This document shows, one piece after another, positions 62,033-64,000 of a DNA stretch of 64,000 nucleotides; the stretch's first letter is position 1; each line of letters opens with the position of its first letter. This stretch comes from Podarcis melisellensis. Lineage: Eukaryota. The stretch is from NCBI GenBank assembly GCA_964234715.1, contig OZ174282.1. One strand, 5' to 3'. Under the pieces are notes generated by a model. That model saw only the letters and a program-made list of their open reading frames with translations. It had not been told where the DNA came from and did not search any database. Position numbers and translations under genes: made by a program.

Positions 62033-64000
62033 GTCTAGCAAAAGTAGCAGCTGTACGAAAACCTATTTTTAAAAAGATGTTTAATCGTTTTTGCATTTGA
62101 GGACAGGTCTGGATAAAATAAATATTTTAAATCTCATGAGAGTTTCAAGTACATGACGGCAGGCCTATAACACAGTAAACAAGAATCTGTGTTCACAATT
62201 TCTACCTAAATCTGCTCGTTCATAAGCAGTATGCATAAATCAACTGCACAACTAGAACTTCTCCTTCTCATCCTTGAGAAACTGACAGTGGCATTTTAAG
62301 AGCCTTCTATGAATTCTCCAAAATTCTATATGCTGAAGGGGTCATCACAGTGTCACTCTGCTAAATACTCCTTCTCTTCCCGTTTCTCATCCATGTCCAG
62401 GGATCTAAAATGTGAATACACACTTTACTTAGGTGCTACTGGTTAATATAAAGTCCAGTAGGTTAGACAGGTATTTTATGAAAACCAGAACCATGCCTCT
62501 AGTAGTCAAACACAGTTGTTTTCATCGTAGTACTTTGCCTTTTGTGATGGCAACATTTGCACTGAGCTATTCAGGATGACTCCAGATATGTGTCTTGAAT
62601 AATAATAAATTAACAACAATAATTTCTGTTATAGTATCATTATTACTATAAATGCTACTGGCTAGCTGCACTACTCTTCCATGTACCACCTTGTTGAAAG
62701 AAAACTATATTGAGGTTCAAACCTGTCTAAATTCAAACCTCTGCTTAGCCATGAAGCTCAATGAGTAGTCCTTGAGCAAGTCACCAGCCCTGCTTGTGCA
62801 ACAGAGTAAACCAGGGTTAATGGTTGACCATGATCACACCTAAAAAGGCCTGTTTAGCTTCTCTCTGCTTATGGGCCAAGGAAACAAACACCAATTCCTC
62901 CTCACTTTGCACTGCTTCCAAAGCAGGGAGCATGGTTTGTTTCACTCCAACAAGCCACAATCAGTAAGCCAAAAACAAACCCAATAGGGCTTACTTCCAA
63001 GTAGACACACACAGGATTACACTGTTAATCTCAAGAAACCGAACTTACTTCTTTGAAGAACTCACCACTTTAAGAAAACCTTCCCTGTATCTATTTTAGT
63101 TTGAATAAATTCTGGCAATGCTTGCCAATTTTGAAATTTGCAAGACAAGCATAAAACATTTTACTTTATGTCTGTCCTCTGAGTTTTTAATCACCTTTGT
63201 CTGAGGAAAACTCTCTACTTTGTTGCAAAGGATACCAAATTATAACAATGCTGCAGTGGCAACATAAAATATACTCTGTAGAGTTTATTATAATCTACCT
63301 TTACAAAGTTATATTTTAAGTATGGAACTGGAACAACAAAGTGTACACAAATTGAAGGTGATTTTCCTACAGATGATAAGGTGTTTCCTATCTGCACAAT
63401 ATTCACCAACCTAAGGATAGCTTTGTGAGCATACCACAAACACATACAGAAAATAAAATAAGCCCACTGTTTTATGATGAGCTACAAAAATAAACATTAC
63501 TGGAAACCAGTGGGCAATCACTTGGATCCCAATATTCCCCTGTATGAGCAGTGTGTGTGTGTGTGAGAGAGAGATTCTTCAGGCAACTGCACTCACCTCT
63601 CTACTCTGAAGGTACTCTATCCTTCTGTAGCCTGTTTTAAACTGACACTGAGGTTGCAGATGGAGAGAAACAGTGACACATACAACCTTATGAGTGGAAT
63701 TGTATTCTGCTCATGCAGCAGGACCTTTGGATCCAAGCCACTATTTCTAAATTGAGATGCAGTTAAGTGAAAAGTGTGAAGTGGAAAAGATGAGAAACCA
63801 CCACCCAGGCATGACTACAGACAACAACAGCAACACACACACACACACACACACACACAACCGAGAAGCACACAGCAAAACAGGATTAGAGATTTATTTC
63901 TGAAAAATCAAATACATAACTGAAGTGACATGGAACACAAATTTGGTTCAGCATAGTTTAACATTTTAGTAAGTGTTAATATAATAAGATCAAAATCAGC

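Larger units (their letters stand above)
38065..64000 (-). other. NFAT5: NFAT5/TonEBP gene span, 3' part; earlier exons lie right of the window
   Basis: Ten phase-consistent coding exons (3745 nt, ~1247 aa) encode the Rel-homology domain, IPT domain and Gln-rich activation region. Confidence 0.98.

Noticed and set aside
62280-62404. Exon-like purine-rich segment after a ttttag acceptor in an NFAT5 intron (LDMDEKREEKEYLAE*)
   Set aside because: Early stop codons, no clear donor and no match to the known NFAT5 protein.

Overview
Vertebrate nuclear DNA from a squamate reptile; the repeat content suggests a lacertid lizard. It is the conserved WWP2-NOB1-NQO1-NFAT5 syntenic block. From left to right: the 5' half of WWP2 (minus strand; non-coding exon 1 plus coding exons 2-8, continuing off the left edge); a ~0.5 kb bidirectional CpG promoter (CLEAR/E-boxes, ETS, three ZNF143 motifs); complete NOB1 (plus, 9 exons, 423 aa, one GC-AG intron); complete NQO1 (plus, 6 exons, 275 aa, TATA-proximal ARE); and the 3' part of NFAT5 (minus, 10 coding exons here including a 2.4 kb Gln-rich exon, then a ~4.8 kb 3'UTR exon). 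CR1, L2 and RTE LINE remnants, tRNA-derived SINEs, hAT and Tc1/mariner MITEs and microsatellites are interspersed. Exon numbers follow the human orthologues from memory. No new multi-gene system is evident. The best leads are: a candidate cryptic in-frame terminal or poison exon with a canonical poly(A) site in WWP2 intron 8; an overlapping uORF at the WWP2 start; NQO2-like Asn at the NQO1 His161 position; a TATA-proximal NQO1 ARE; a MITE family carrying a ZNF143-type motif; paired SOX sites in WWP2 introns; and a perfect 23-bp inverted repeat inside an L2 relic.
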